A stretch of 64,000 nucleotides of DNA, from the NCBI GenBank assembly GCA_951406725.2, contig OX597819.1, positions 22,754,001-22,818,000 of the forward strand, read 5' to 3'. This stretch comes from Octopus vulgaris (Eukaryota). Under the pieces are notes generated by a model. The model had not been told where the DNA came from and did not search any database. It worked only from the letters and a program-made list of their open reading frames with translations. Positions 42,738 to 56,040 of the stretch are shown here, piece after piece; within the stretch, counting starts at the first letter, position 1; the number at the start of each line of letters is the position of its first letter. Position numbers and translations under genes: made by a program.

Positions 42738-43810
42738 TTAAAACTTTATGCAAAGAATTTGTCTGAGATGAAAATGAGTCTTGAACTAGTTACAACATTT
42801 TCAAAGGATGTAGGGTTGGAGTTTGGCCAGAATAAATGTTGTTATATGGTTGTGAAAAGGGGAACGACGATAAATCAGACTAGTAACATCTCCATCAATG
42901 ATTTGACTGTTTCCCCTGTACCTGACGATGAATGTTACAGGTACCTAGAGGTGGATAAAAATATATCTTACAATGTCAACTGAAACAAAATATGTGTCAT
43001 TAAAGAATATTACAGCCGAATAAAGAAAATTTGGTCCTCAAAACTCTCTGCATTCAATAAAACAGTGTCCACAATGTCTTTGCAGTGCCAGTACTCATAA
43101 CAACATTTGGGGCGCTTGATTGGACGCTTGATGAGATCCGAGGCATTGATGTGAAAACCCGAAAAAAGCTAACAACCATACATAATTTCTACATAAAGAG
43201 TGACGTAGACTGCCTCTACCAAAAACGTAAACAAGGCAGCAGAGGCTTAATATCGATCCAAAATGCCTTTGAATGTCGCATCATATAACTTGGGCAACAT
43301 TTTTTAACCACCAACTGCCGAAGTGAATCCATGAGGCAGATAACATCATAAGACTTGGAAGGTATCTTCTTGAGCAACACTCTTTGACTGGCAATCTAGA
43401 ATACATGCCCAAAGAAATCGCACGATCCTACAGCATATTATCATCACATAAAAGGATGAGTCTATATGACCAGAAGACTATGCATAGATATGTTACTAGA
43501 AGACGACAGATCCAATCCATCACTGGGACTCTAGAAATCTGTAAAACTTCCCAGAAGTTTATCATTTGAATAATGTATGAGCATGTCTAGATATGCAAAT
43601 ATATGCATGAGAATACATACATAAAACAAGACATACAAATATGTACATGCATACATACATACATACATACATACATACATACATACATACATACATACAT
43701 ACCCTGCTCTTGATGTTTAAACTCCAATGAAGAAGTCTTGAATCTAGATTAGAAACCTGTTCTTTCTCTATTGGCAAGAACTCTTGAAATAAACTGAATA
43801 ATGACAAACA
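42738..43810 (+). mobile_element. R4/Dong-like LINE fragment, internally deleted
   Basis: LKLYAKN...FSKDVGLEFGQNKC...YRYL; IDVKTRKKLT...KRKQGSRGL; jumps to the C-terminal QIQSITGTLEICKT and 3' UTR. Confidence 0.75.
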
Positions 43811-43905
43811 TATACATATACATATACATATAACGGGAAGCTTTATGAAAATAGACAAAAGACGAAGGCAGGTTTACGGAAATAAACAAAAGACGAATGC
43901 AGGTA

Positions 43906-43964
<59 letters not shown>

Positions 43965-44056
43965 TTCAGCAACATTTAGATTCAAATCAATATGGTACTT
44001 AAGTTAGATGCACCAGAATTTTGTATGGTATTATCCATATAAATTCATGGGGTGAT

Positions 44057-44314
44057 TATAAGCAAAATAAGCAACAACAATAACTTCGGTAATTTGGTAC
44101 AATCGTTTCGCTCTACATCATTTTATTAAATGTTGTAAGTATTACAACATTTTTAAATGCTATCACTTGATTATGTATTAATGGAAAACCTCTATTATTA
44201 GCTGATGAGTGCTCATCATTTTAAAACTGCTGTAATACTTACAACATTTAATAAAATGATGTAGTGCGAAACGATCGTACCAAATTACCGAAGCTATTCT
44301 TGTTGCTTATTTTG

Positions 44315-44320
<6 letters not shown>
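44057..44320. repeat. Inverted-repeat module next to (TA)n
   Basis: ~44057-44157 is the reverse complement of ~44220-44320. Confidence 0.8.
44198..44283 (+). ncRNA. Type-I hammerhead with extended stem II
   Basis: UUAG-CUGAUGA-GUGCU-CAUCAUUUUA...UAAAAUGAUG-U-AGUGC-GAAA-CGAUCG-UA-CCAA; palindromic ACGAUCGU; one mismatch in stem I. Confidence 0.7.
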
Positions 44321-44362
<42 letters not shown>

Positions 44363-44639
44363 GAAAGTCAAAAATTGTGAAGCATGACTGTCAACACTTT
44401 TACATGAACCCGAAGATTGCAGAATTCAATGCATGAAAGTACTAGTTCAATCAGAATGAATATTTAACATTCTACTATTTCATTTTATTTTATTCAATTA
44501 TAATATATTATCTTATAATATATCATTATAAGATTGTAAATAAAACGTGAAAATCAGACAAGGTTGGAATTCTTTTTATTAATATATTCTTCTATACACA
44601 ATCACACACACCCATATATATATATATATCTATATATAC

Positions 44640-44670
<31 letters not shown>

Positions 44671-44673
44671 CAT

Positions 44674-44708
<35 letters not shown>

Positions 44709-44721
44709 GCATGTATGTATG

Positions 44722-44764
<43 letters not shown>

Positions 44765-44819
44765 GAATATATGTATATATATATGTATATATATATGTAT
44801 ATATATATATATGCATATG

Positions 44820-44859
<40 letters not shown>

Positions 44860-44863
44860 TATG

Positions 44864-44930
<67 letters not shown>

Positions 44931-45026
44931 CGGGAAGCTTTATGAAAATAAACAACAGACGAAGGCAGGTGGAGTACAAACAAACAATTGTATTAGTATG
45001 GCGCTCAGGAATATAAATAAAACAAG

Positions 45027-45064
45027 TCTTTTACGTTTCGAGCTTACGCTCTTCAACAGAAAGA
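45027..45064 (-). ncRNA. Hammerhead-like motif, CUGUUGA variant
   Basis: UCUUU-CUGUUGA-A-GAGC-GUAA-GCUC-GAAA-CG-UA-AAAGA: perfect stems I and II. Confidence 0.55.
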
Positions 45065-45167
45065 TACACAGAAAAGAAACACGGAGAGAAACAAGGAGAG
45101 AGAAAAATGCGTGCAGAAGCTAGCGATTCAACATATATATATATGTATATATGTGTACATATATACG

Positions 45168-45237
<70 letters not shown>

Positions 45238-45239
45238 TT

Positions 45240-45281
<42 letters not shown>

Positions 45282-45300
45282 TAATATATATATATATATG

Positions 45301-45347
<47 letters not shown>

Positions 45348-45404
45348 GTATATATATATATACATATATGTATATATATATGTATATATATATATACATA
45401 TATG

Positions 45405-45469
<65 letters not shown>

Positions 45470-45497
45470 TATAATTTTTATATATATATAATATATA

Positions 45498-45624
<127 letters not shown>

Positions 45625-46056
45625 AAAATTTCAAAAACTCGTAAATGTTTCAAATACATTTATTTACATATAACTAGTTTCAACAATATTTTTTTGTTTA
45701 TCAATGGTGAAAGGGTAAAATTAGAAAAACATCGCTATAAGTTTCAATGTTGACAAACTGAACTGTTTCAATGTTGTTAAATTAATCCATTTAGTTTTGC
45801 CTATCGAGAAAAAAGAGTACTGAAGAACTTAGTATAAATTGGTATCACATTTTAGTTGAGTCAAGCTCTTGCTACTCCGAGATTTGCTTGTGGGTGCAAA
45901 GGGCCTCGAGTAACTTACGACTACATAAATGGAGATTTTTGATCTATATATGAGATTCCTGCTGTAGGATATAAACGAAAAGGACAACAGAGGAAAAAAA
46001 TAAACTCACACACACACATGTATATGTGTGAATGTGTGTGTGTGTATGTGTGTGCG

Positions 46057-46105
<49 letters not shown>

Positions 46106-46106
46106 T

Positions 46107-46156
<50 letters not shown>

Positions 46157-46195
46157 CATATACATGTATATATGTATATATATATATATATACAT

Positions 46196-46239
<44 letters not shown>

Positions 46240-47097
46240 CAAAATGGGACAAGAACGCAAAACATCCAAATAGACAATACCAAAAACACGGACAGGTCAT
46301 TCGAACCCTTTAATCTTCAATCAAGAACTGGATCATCCTCGCAATTTCGGCTGATTAATCTTGAGATTGCTCCAGTTTGTTCAGCCCCAAGGAAAAACTA
46401 AGCTAAGAGCATTAGATTCCTTGGAAAAAGGATCGAATATATACGAAACAAGGACGAAAAAACGGACGATGTTACACGAATATAAATACAAAAATAATTA
46501 AAAAAAAAACAAAGAATAATACGAATGTAAACACACAAAAAAAGCAATAATAGTAATAACAGGACATAACAACCGGCGTCTTTCGACTCGAGAGGAATTG
46601 AATTCAGCTGGCGTATTGAGAATTAAGCCTTACGGCAGAGAAAACAGAGCGATGTGACCGTGACCGTGATCCCTACGCAAAAGGGCTAGTAGTCGGCCAG
46701 CGGTCACGTGAGAGGAGAAGAGAGAGAAAAAGAGGAGCAAAGAATTAAGGAGGGGGAGAAGAGAGAGAAAAAGAGGAACAAAGGAATTAAGGAGGAGGAG
46801 ATGAAAGAGAGAGAGAGCGTGTAGACCGAAGAATCAATGATTGGCAAGAAAAAAGAGAAAGACAGGGACATAGTGAAGTGCAAAGTAAGAAAGACAAAGA
46901 ATTGTGAGAGAGGAGGGAGAGAGAGTGTTTGAGTCGTTTTATATATATATATATATAGGAGATGTACTTGCATAGCAAGTGATTTGATCTGAGATCGTGT
47001 GCTGGAACGAAAACAATTGCAGCGTGGAAGGTGTTTGTAAGCCATTTAAGAAACACACAAAAGCCGTTCGATTCACTTCAACATTTAAGTTTAATTT

Positions 47098-47196
47098 GTC
47101 AAAATATTTTCCTCGCTATAAGACCGCGACCTGTTCATTGACAAAAAATCCGTGCTGCATCGGATTTTTTGTCAATGAACAGGTCACAGTCTTATA
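47098..47196. repeat. Near-perfect hairpin overlapping a decayed hammerhead-like motif on the minus strand
   Basis: tataagaccgcgacctgttcattgacaaaaaatccg-tgctgcat-cggattttttgtcaatgaacaggtcacagtcttata; minus strand GUCA-AUGAACA...GAAA-AUAU-UU-UGAC. Confidence 0.65.
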
Positions 47197-47219
47197 TAAC
47201 AGCAAATGATAACAACTGT

Positions 47220-47942
47220 ATATATGTTGGTGTGTGTGTGTGTATGTGTTCGCGCGCGCGTTTGATTTTATGCGTGCGTGTGCGCGCATCTAATTCGTAT
47301 GACTTTAAATCGACATGTGTAGATGCAAAACAGATTGCTGGTGGAGACATCTGCATTCTGAAACAAGACATGTGAATAATGACAGAAACTACATCAGGTG
47401 TTGTCTCTTAATCATGGCACGCATTTCAACTACCTCATTATGTTTTAGCTTCAGTTACTTTATTATTGCCATAAATATTTAACAAATATAAAAAACGAAT
47501 TTTTTATTTAACATTGTTTCATTGTCGGATATACAAAACTGCAGGATGCCTTGGACTATATGTTCTGGCGGCGTGCAAACAACTGCAAAATCAATAAATA
47601 AATCGACATTTTAATTATATTTGTCTAGCGGAGACAAGAAGATTCATTTAACATTCTTGCATTTTCGACCATATATATGCTATAGAAACTGTGGTATATG
47701 GTCTGACGTGCAAATAGCAAAATGAAACAATAAATCGACAGCAGAGCTATGATTAAGAGACAACACCTGATGTAGTTTCTGTCATTATTCACATGTTTTG
47801 TTTCAGAATGCAGATATCTCCACCAGCAATCTGTTTTGCATCTACACATGTCGATTTAAAGTCATACGAATTAGATTCGCGCACACGCACGCATAAAATC
47901 AAACGCGCGCACGAACACACACAAACACACACAAACATATAT
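47220..47942. repeat. ~195-bp inverted repeat pair
   Basis: ~47220-47415 is the reverse complement of ~47749-47942. Confidence 0.85.
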
Positions 47943-48216
47943 ACTTATCATTAAATATACATACATATAAAGATATATATATATATAATAAGAAATATTG
48001 AATTTCTAAATCTCTCGTAGAGACATGTACGGTGGTGGGGCGATAGAATGGTTGTATACTGTCAATCTAACAAGAACGTGACAGTAGGGGGTACACCACC
48101 GCTGTATAGCCTTAGAAAGCATCGAACGCCTCCTGATGGCATTGACACATTTTTCCCTGTGTCCTTATATACATTTACGAAGGGGAGACAAACACCCCCG
48201 GCTGCCGGAACTGCAT

Positions 48217-48259
48217 CTAGGGACACGTGTTTCAGGATCGTTGTCCTTCATCGGCCTAG
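48217..48259 (-). ncRNA. Minimal type-I hammerhead, CCGAUGA core
   Basis: Exact reverse complement of 48656-48698. Confidence 0.75.
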
Positions 48260-48655
48260 AGTAGCAGACACCGGTCAGCCGGTGATATTTGCCTCGACTT
48301 CGCAATTGTATATATCTATATTCAGTGAAGTCTATTCACTGATTATCAAAATAAGAAATATTGAATTTCTAAATCTCTCGTAGAGACATGTACGGTGGTG
48401 GGGCGATAGAATGGTTGTATACCGTCAATCTAACAAGAACGTGACAGTAGGGGGTCCACCACCGCTGTATAGCCCTAGGAATCATCGAACCCCTCCTGAT
48501 GGCTTTGACACATTTTTCCCTGTGTCCTTATATACATTTACGAAGGGGAGACAAACACCCCCGGCTGCCGGAACTGCATCTAGGGACACGTGTTTTAAGG
48601 ATCGTCAGCCGGTGATATTTGCCTCGACTTCGCAATTGTATATATCTATATATAT

Positions 48656-48698
48656 CTAGGCCGATGAAGGACAACGATCCTGAAACACGTGTCCCTAG
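48656..48698 (+). ncRNA. Minimal type-I hammerhead, CCGAUGA core
   Basis: CUAGG-CCGAUGA-AGGA-CAACGA-UCCU-GAAA-CACGUG-UC-CCUAG: perfect stems, palindromic ACACGUGU, GUC site. Confidence 0.78.
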
Positions 48699-48946
48699 AT
48701 GCAGTTCCGGCAGCCGGGGGTGTTTGTCTCCCCTTCGTAAATGTATATAAGGACACAGGGAAAAATGTGTCAAGGCCATCAGGAGGCGTTCGATGCTTCC
48801 TAGGGCTATACAGCGGTGATGTACTCCCTACTGTCACGTTCTTGTTAGATTGGCAGTATTCAACCATTCTATATATATATATATACACATTTACAAAATA
48901 AGGGCAAATGAAAAATTCTAATGCCAAATATGCAAATATGCATATA

Positions 48947-49110
48947 AGAAGGACACCAACCGCTCCACCTGCAACACGAAGGATGAGTGGATGGCCAAAA
49001 TCAATGAATGTTCGAAGATCTTCCCGGGGACATAATGAGGAACTCATGCACCAGATTCCGGAGTTGTCTTGAATCCTTGGTGAAATCTGAAGGCAGGATC
49101 TTTGCATAAA
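48947..49110 (+). pseudogene. Tc1-like transposase C-terminal fragment
   Basis: [44 protein letters not shown] (one frameshift). Confidence 0.6.
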
Positions 49111-49166
49111 TTGTTATATCACTGTTATAATATAATTCGCAACTTTTGGCTTTTTAAGATACATAC

Positions 49167-49281
<115 letters not shown>

Positions 49282-49499
49282 ACTAATGTAGGATAAAATT
49301 TTTTTTTTTTCGTGAAAAAAATTTTTTCAATGGCCAGCATATCAAAAAATACCTTTAAAGGTTAAATTTATAATAATTTACAAAATAAGGACAAAAGAAA
49401 AATTCTAATGCCAAATATGCCGAAAAATAAAATTGTCAATAACCATTATAATTTATGCGTCTCGAAACAAACCGATAGAAATTTCTAAAAAATCCGTTA

Positions 49500-49560
49500 T
49501 TACCGTATTGGTCCCAATTTCGGGGTTAACTTATAAGAATTTTCCCCTCTTCAGTGATAA
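49500..49560 (-). ncRNA. Type-I hammerhead, mirror copy
   Basis: UUAUCA-CUGAAGA-GGGG...CCCC-GAAA-UUGG-GA-CCAA-UA-CGGUAA. Confidence 0.7.
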
Positions 49561-49676
49561 ATTCTGTGCCGAAGATTTTCTATTTTGGATATATTTGGGG
49601 TACTTATGTCTGCTCAGGACTTAGTGCTTGCTTTTTCCATGGGTATGAGTAAGTATTTCACTTATATCTCACGTAT

Positions 49677-49737
49677 TTATCGCTGAAGAGGGAAAAATTC
49701 TTATGAATTAATCTCGAAATTGGGACCAATACGGTGA
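49677..49737 (+). ncRNA. Type-I hammerhead ribozyme, canonical core
   Basis: UUAUCG-CUGAAGA-GGGA...UCUC-GAAA-UUGG-GA-CCAA-UA-CGGUGA. Confidence 0.78.
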
Positions 49738-49963
49738 TAACGGATTTTTTAGAAATTTCTATCGGTTTGTTTCGAGACGCATAAATTATAATGGTTATTG
49801 ACAATTTTGTCTTTTTTTCGGCATATTTGGCATTAGAATTTTTCTTTTGCCCTTATTTTGTAAATTATTTATAAATTTAACCTTTAAAGGTATTTTTTTG
49901 ATATGCTGGCCATTGATAATTTTTTTTTCACGAAAAAAAGAAAAGAAAATTATCATATATTAG

Positions 49964-50048
<85 letters not shown>

Positions 50049-50164
50049 TGTATGTATGTATGTATGTATGTATCTTAAAAAGCCAAAAGTTACGAACTAT
50101 ATTATAACAGTGATATAACAATTTATGCAAAGATCCTGCTTTCAGATTTCACCAAGGATTCAAG

Positions 50165-50570
50165 ACATTAGGAGGCCAGAAATAGGGTCTGGCGTGAAGT
50201 TGTAGAAATTCTCCGACAACCATTTCTGACAAAATCCGGTGGACATCAAGCAGCCACCCTCTTCAGCTAGGGTTTAACTACAGTCTACAACAGTTCACAT
50301 AGCCATCGGAATTGAGTCCAAGGCCCTATTCAAAGATCTGGGAATAAACGTCGGCGTGCTGAATGAAGTCAGCGTGCCTGCTGTGTCTTTTCTTGTTTTC
50401 CACGGTTTCGTACTCTCCGTGGCAATTGCCCATGTTATTTCTTACAGCCTTTAAAAGTGTTAACAGAGCATTGAGCAGCAGTTATATCGGCATTTTGATA
50501 TCCAGCGCGAGTTATCATGCTGAGTGTAATTCTTTTCCAATATTCAGATGGCTTCTAGTCTTCCATGTCA
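50165..50570 (-). pseudogene. Tc1-like transposase relic
   Basis: N-terminal-like SEYWKRITLSMITRAGYQNADI...; across a frameshift KWLSENFYNFT...WPPN (start of the WPPNSPD motif), then a deletion to the C-terminus. Confidence 0.6.
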
Positions 50571-51114
50571 GCCAACATTTTCTCAACTACAATTTTAATC
50601 TTTTTGCTCTCCAATGCAATTTACTATTTAGGAATACGTCCAGATTTTTCTCAGAAAGGGGGAGAAAAAAAGGATACCTGCTCTTGTAAAATAGGTGTGC
50701 ATCTTATACAAGAGTGCATTAGGTATACACCAGTACATACATTAATAAACCAAGACAGAATGCACGAAGTCGACTTGAGAGAAAGTATAACAGAAACAGT
50801 AGAGAAAATAAGTCGTCATAACAAAATAATTTAATTTGGATCAAGTTCATATAAGCCAAGATACTACTAAATAGGCATGTATGAGAAATAATAACTAAAC
50901 ACAGCAGAGCATTCCAAGAAAGGATTTCGTTTAAGTCAACTGAAATGCCAATCTAAATGACAGAATTTACACAATAATCGTTATGGTATCGATGTATGCC
51001 AGAAAGCTATAAGGGTAACCTTAATTAATTAGAAACATCGCAAGTTATTATTAAAATAAACAGTTATAATAACAGCTACACTACATTGGAAACTACAGTA
51101 ATAAAAGCAGATAA

Positions 51115-51627
51115 TCTATATATATAAAACTGTAGTTGTGTGAGTGTCTGTCCCCTTCGATTTAGATTCCTAACTACTCCCACATTTTGCGGTGCAGTTT
51201 AACCAAATTCGGGTATCTTATAGTCGTGATTCATATCGAGCCCGTCTGAGTATTAGCGCGCATCTACGATGAGTCTACGATTTTAAAAATAATTTAACAT
51301 CATTTTTTATTCCATTTTAATGCATAATTTTTCGTGTGTCAATGGCGGCGGAGTTGGCGTCCATGGTCACACCTGCACCTGTTTGCTTCTCCCCCTTCTT
51401 CCCTCCCTCGTGAAGCTGTGGGGAAGGGAGTGTAAGGAAATCAACGTCGTAAAGCGTTGTCAAGGAGACCAGCGTTCTTTTAGAACAACGACTTCATGGC
51501 TTGAAGACACCAAAACAGAAATGGCTAAGAAAGCCCGAATTGGCATCTATAAGGGAAGTAACTCTCTAAAAATGCTTATATAGTTATTTCCCTTACAAAC
51601 CCGAGCAACGCCGGGCGATACTGCTAG
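51115..51627 (+). mobile_element. Non-autonomous Helitron, 513 bp
   Basis: A|TC...CTAG|T; same length as and near-identical to 33042-33554. Confidence 0.88.
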
Positions 51628-51905
51628 TATAATATAAACTCTCAGCTTTCCGAATATCAAAGCAGAAATTACACACTATCTATGAAGGTTATGAAGTTGA
51701 GCCTTCATTGCAATACTGACCAGACATGCAATATTGTTTGTTAATATATTCGACATTTTACTTTGTTCTAATCGTTAGTTTTATAATTTATTGATCCCAT
51801 TTGACTATTTCTATGTTTATGTTTCCAGCTGTTACATAACATATTAGATTTACACGTGTTGTGTTTCTCTCCATAATATTTAAGTGACGGTAAATTTATT
51901 GTATA

Positions 51906-52153
51906 CTCTTACTCTTACTCTTTTACTTGTTTCAGTCATTTGACTGCGGCCATGCTGGAGCACCGCCTTCAGTCGAGCAACTCGACCCCGGGACTTATTC
52001 TTTGTAAGCCCAGTACTTATTCTATCGGTCTCTTTTGCCGAACCGCTAAGTGACGGGGACATAAACACACCAGCATCGGTTGTCAAGCAATGCTAGGGGG
52101 ACAAATACAGACACACAAACATGCACGCACACGCACACACACACACACACACG

Positions 52154-52205
<52 letters not shown>

Positions 52206-52362
52206 GCTTCTTTCAGTTTCCGTCTACCAAATCCACTCACAAGGCTTTGGTCGACCCGAGGCTATAGTAGAAGACACTTGCCCAAGGTGCCACGCAGTGG
52301 GACTGAACCCGGAACCATGCGGTTGGTAAGCAAGCTACTTACCACACAGCCACTCCTGCGCC
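51906..52362 (-). mobile_element. SINE family A
   Basis: Full-length homology to the other copies. Confidence 0.9.
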
Positions 52363-52616
52363 TATTTGCAGGTTTGCAATCTAAATTCTGAGGATGTTAT
52401 TGTCTATGAATTACCAATTTCCCTAACAAATTCAACGAAGTTCTCCTGAATTACATCTGAACATTTGCTACAAACAAATGTTTCTAAGCATCATAGAGTT
52501 CAATGATGGTTTGTTTATGTTCCAGTCCCTAGTATTTCACTGATGTTATTCCCCATAGTAAAATCAATGATGACCTAAAGACATCCATAAAATGTAAATT
52601 GCGTGTGGTAAATGGA

Positions 52617-53001
52617 TGGAAGCACTCCGTCGGTTACGACGATGAGGGTTCCGGTCAATCCGAATCAACGGAACAGCCTGCTCGTGAAATTAACGTGTAA
52701 GTGGCTGAGCACTCCACAGACACGTGTACCCTTAACGTAGTTCTCGGGGATGTTCAGCGTGACACAGAGAGTGACAAGGCCGGCCCTTTGAAATACAGGA
52801 ACAACAGAAACAGGAAGTAAGAGTGAGAGAAAGTTGTGGTGAAAGAGTACAGCAGGGATCACCACCATCCCCTGCCGGAGCCTCGTGGAGCTTTTAGGTG
52901 TTTTCGCTCAATAAACACTCACAACGCCCGGTCTGGGAATCGAAACCGCGATCCTATGACCGCGAGTCCGCTGCCCTAACCACTGGGCCATTGCGCCTCC
53001 A
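52617..53001 (-). mobile_element. SINE family B with target-site duplication
   Basis: Reverse complement of 29727-30108; flanked by a direct repeat gtggtaaat (~52605-52613 and ~53005-53013). Confidence 0.88.
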
Positions 53002-53381
53002 CGCGTGGTAAATAGACAGTTAACGATTGACAATAAAAGACGAACTCCAGTCAAATAGACATGACGGAATCATATCAATTGGGAGGAATTCAGAGCGCTA
53101 AAGGCGAACAAGAAAAAAAAAAAGTTAACGATATCTAATACCGGATATATAATGAGTAAATCGGATTACATATTTCAGATACAATAATTAGGAAATAAAT
53201 TGGAATATGGAATCTATCCTGAAGAAGGGATATGTACACGATATACTGGATACCATAATTGTGTCTTGTCAGAGAGCAGTATAATTCCAAGAATACTGGT
53301 GTCGTAAAAAAAGAGATTTGGCCAAGGCATTAAATTTTATGTTCCTTATTAAGCATTTTTATATTTCGTTTTATGCATACA

Positions 53382-53453
<72 letters not shown>

Positions 53454-53723
53454 CATTGTCAATAATAATAAGGGTAAAATTAATTAATTAATTAGTAATT
53501 AATAATTTTACCAAGCAGTGTTCAGTATGTAAAAGGACCATTTACGGTAAATATAAACATTACTTTATATAATTAGGGCTCAGCAAAAAAATTGCTTTAC
53601 CACACACCGAACTTTTAGAAATAGCAGCCAAAGAATTTAGCTATTTTCACTACTTTTTTATAGCAGTGGAAATAGCTAAATTCTTTATATAATTGAACTC
53701 TAATTATATAAGGTAATGTATAT

Positions 53724-53767
<44 letters not shown>

Positions 53768-54349
53768 TAGTGATTGAATAAGGAATGAGGAAATGCTTCC
53801 ATCCTTATGGTGGCTCTATGCAGATACCAGAAATCTGAGGAAAACAGAGGGATTGTAGTACAGAGACTAAATGAACCGGAAGAACACCAGGGCTCGCAGA
53901 CGAGCAATCAAAAATGCGATATCCAATATTCGTAATTAGTTCGGTGGAGCAGATTCTACATAGGTTCTGGTACCATGATTAAGAAAGAGATTGGAATATG
54001 TAGTTTATCCTAAAGAGCAGATAAGTGCTAGTTATATTGGATGAAATAATTATATCTCCGGGAGAAGTATTAATCCTGGTGTTTCTCTTAGTATGAGGTC
54101 ATGTTTAGCAAAGTCTGCTTGAAATAAACATCGGAGATGCTTTGTCTCACTTCGAAGTTACAGGAGTGAGTGTAAGATCTTCTGAATTACCCTACCGTAT
54201 TATGAACAGATATCGCAAGGTCACTAATGTTTCGCCCTTTAGCTTGTCATTGAAAACTGAATTAGTACTGAACCGTTGAATGATTTCACCTACGGTCTCT
54301 TGTCAATCAGAGCCCTCTTGAGCTGATTTAGCTGCTATGACTACCTCCT

Positions 54350-54592
54350 TCATGGCTTTTTGAGTATATAAGTGTTATGGAGAGAGATTTGTCCAACATA
54401 TTGAATTTACTTATTCCTTATTAGACATTTTCCAATTTTTCTTTGATATAGAGTCCGGTAATTGAACAATTCATGGCTTTTCGAGTATATAAGAGTGATG
54501 GGGAGAGATCTGACCAACATATTGAATTTAATTATTCCTTATTAGACAATTAAAATTTTTTTTCTTTGATGTAGAGTCCGGTAATTGAACAT
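54350..54592. repeat. Two-copy ~120-bp tandem duplication
   Basis: tcatggctttt...gagtatataag...caacatattgaattta...ttattccttattagaca...agagtccggtaattgaaca occurs twice. Confidence 0.75.
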
Positions 54593-55044
54593 GAGACAAA
54601 GAAAAGCATTCGTCTAGACAGTCGTTCGATGTAGCTATGAGTGCTTCTTGTAGAGAAACACATGTTGCGAATGGAAGAGGACAATATTACGAACCATTTG
54701 AGAGGAAAGTCTTCTGAGAAATTTATCAAAGATTTTGTGACCCCACGCAAAAATATATTCTACCAGGAACTTGTAAGGATTTGTGGCACAAAGGTGTGCA
54801 GATGGGATATAGTGAAATTTGAACCTACTTTCAGGGGGTAAAGCTAAACCAGATACTTTAGCAAAATATTATTCTAGGCATGGCCGTGTGATTCAGAAGC
54901 TTGCTTTGCAATAATGTGGTTACGGGTTCAACCCCATAGAGATGGTATCTTGCGCAAATGACTTCTACTATAGTCCCAGACTGAGCAGAAGGAAACTGTG
55001 TTAACCCGTTGCACATAAACGTTTGCGCACACGTGTGCTTGTGT

Positions 55045-55089
<45 letters not shown>

Positions 55090-55153
55090 GGTGCGTGCGT
55101 GCGTGCGTGCTTGCGTGCGTGTGTCTGTGTGTTTGTGTGTGCATGTGTCTGTG

Positions 55154-55220
<67 letters not shown>

Positions 55221-55679
55221 TACGCGCGTGTGTGGATTATCCCCGTTGTACTCGAGAAACCAGCATACTTAAAAAGGAAAAAGTCATGGGAGATAACTCT
55301 CACTTTATATACCATGAATGTTCTCCCTTGCAAAATGACACGCAAGTTGTCACAGAAGTCTATTTACATACAGATATACTCACGCACAATTAAACAATTA
55401 AGACAGAGTATGTCACGCTAAATTTGACTTCGTTATTCACTTGTTCTAGAAAAACTTTAGAAAAATGTTAGAGTGGTTTAAATTTGATAATTTTTACCCA
55501 ATCATACAACAGGATTTGGATGCTGGCATTTTCTACGTGATGGCTGTCCATCACAATATCACAATAACGAAAGTCAGTTCCTGTAAGCAATTAATCCATT
55601 TTTTTGTAATGAAAATTCAAAAACGAAAGTTTGAGGTACGCTATATGAGTTTCTCAAACAAATTACAATTTTCGAATCT

Positions 55680-56040
55680 CCCGCGCCACCTGAACTCGCA
55701 GGAATACGAGTCAAGCAGAGAACGGTGCGTCTCACAGCATCGTATACACTCATGTTTTACACAGGTCCATGTGCTTTTTCCTCACTTGTTGCGTGTGGGT
55801 AACATCTTTCGAGTTAATAAATTCAATGTTCTATGCCGAAAATTATAACCATCTGTTCCAGAAATGTGAGAGTAGGCACTTCACAATTCACTGAAAATTG
55901 TGGCTCCTGGAAGAACCGGCTGACGTATGCATTCCTCTAGTCGCGTTTCCGACTTGGCACCGCATAAAGTAAACCATTTTGCTCCCCTCCACCCCGTGCA
56001 CACACACACAAACACACCTCCGAAAACCCGTAGCTCAGCG
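55680..56040 (-). pseudogene. Merlin (IS1595/ISXO2-like) DDE transposase fragment
   Basis: ELRVFGGV...LEECIRQPVLPGATIFSEL*SAYSHI...GYNFRH...THTQQV resembles the ISXO2-like 'I.PGT.I.SD.W.AY...GY.H...HTQ' pattern. Confidence 0.65.

Larger units (their letters stand above)
47986..48872. mobile_element. PLE-like pseudo-LTR cluster: two direct copies plus one inverted copy
   Basis: ~47986-48321 repeats at ~48349-48652 (363-bp period; second copy has an internal deletion); 48656-48872 is an inverted copy. Confidence 0.85.

Noticed and set aside
46240-46700. Possible PLE 3' end with hammerhead remnants
   Set aside because: The core motifs are too degenerate to fold confidently by eye.
53215-53305. 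CUGAAGA followed by a distant GAA...GUC
   Set aside because: No intact GAAA and no consistent stems.
53780-54840. Microsatellite-free stretch that could be a host exon or retroelement ORF
   Set aside because: Only short ORFs are present and I recognised no motif; a translated search is needed.
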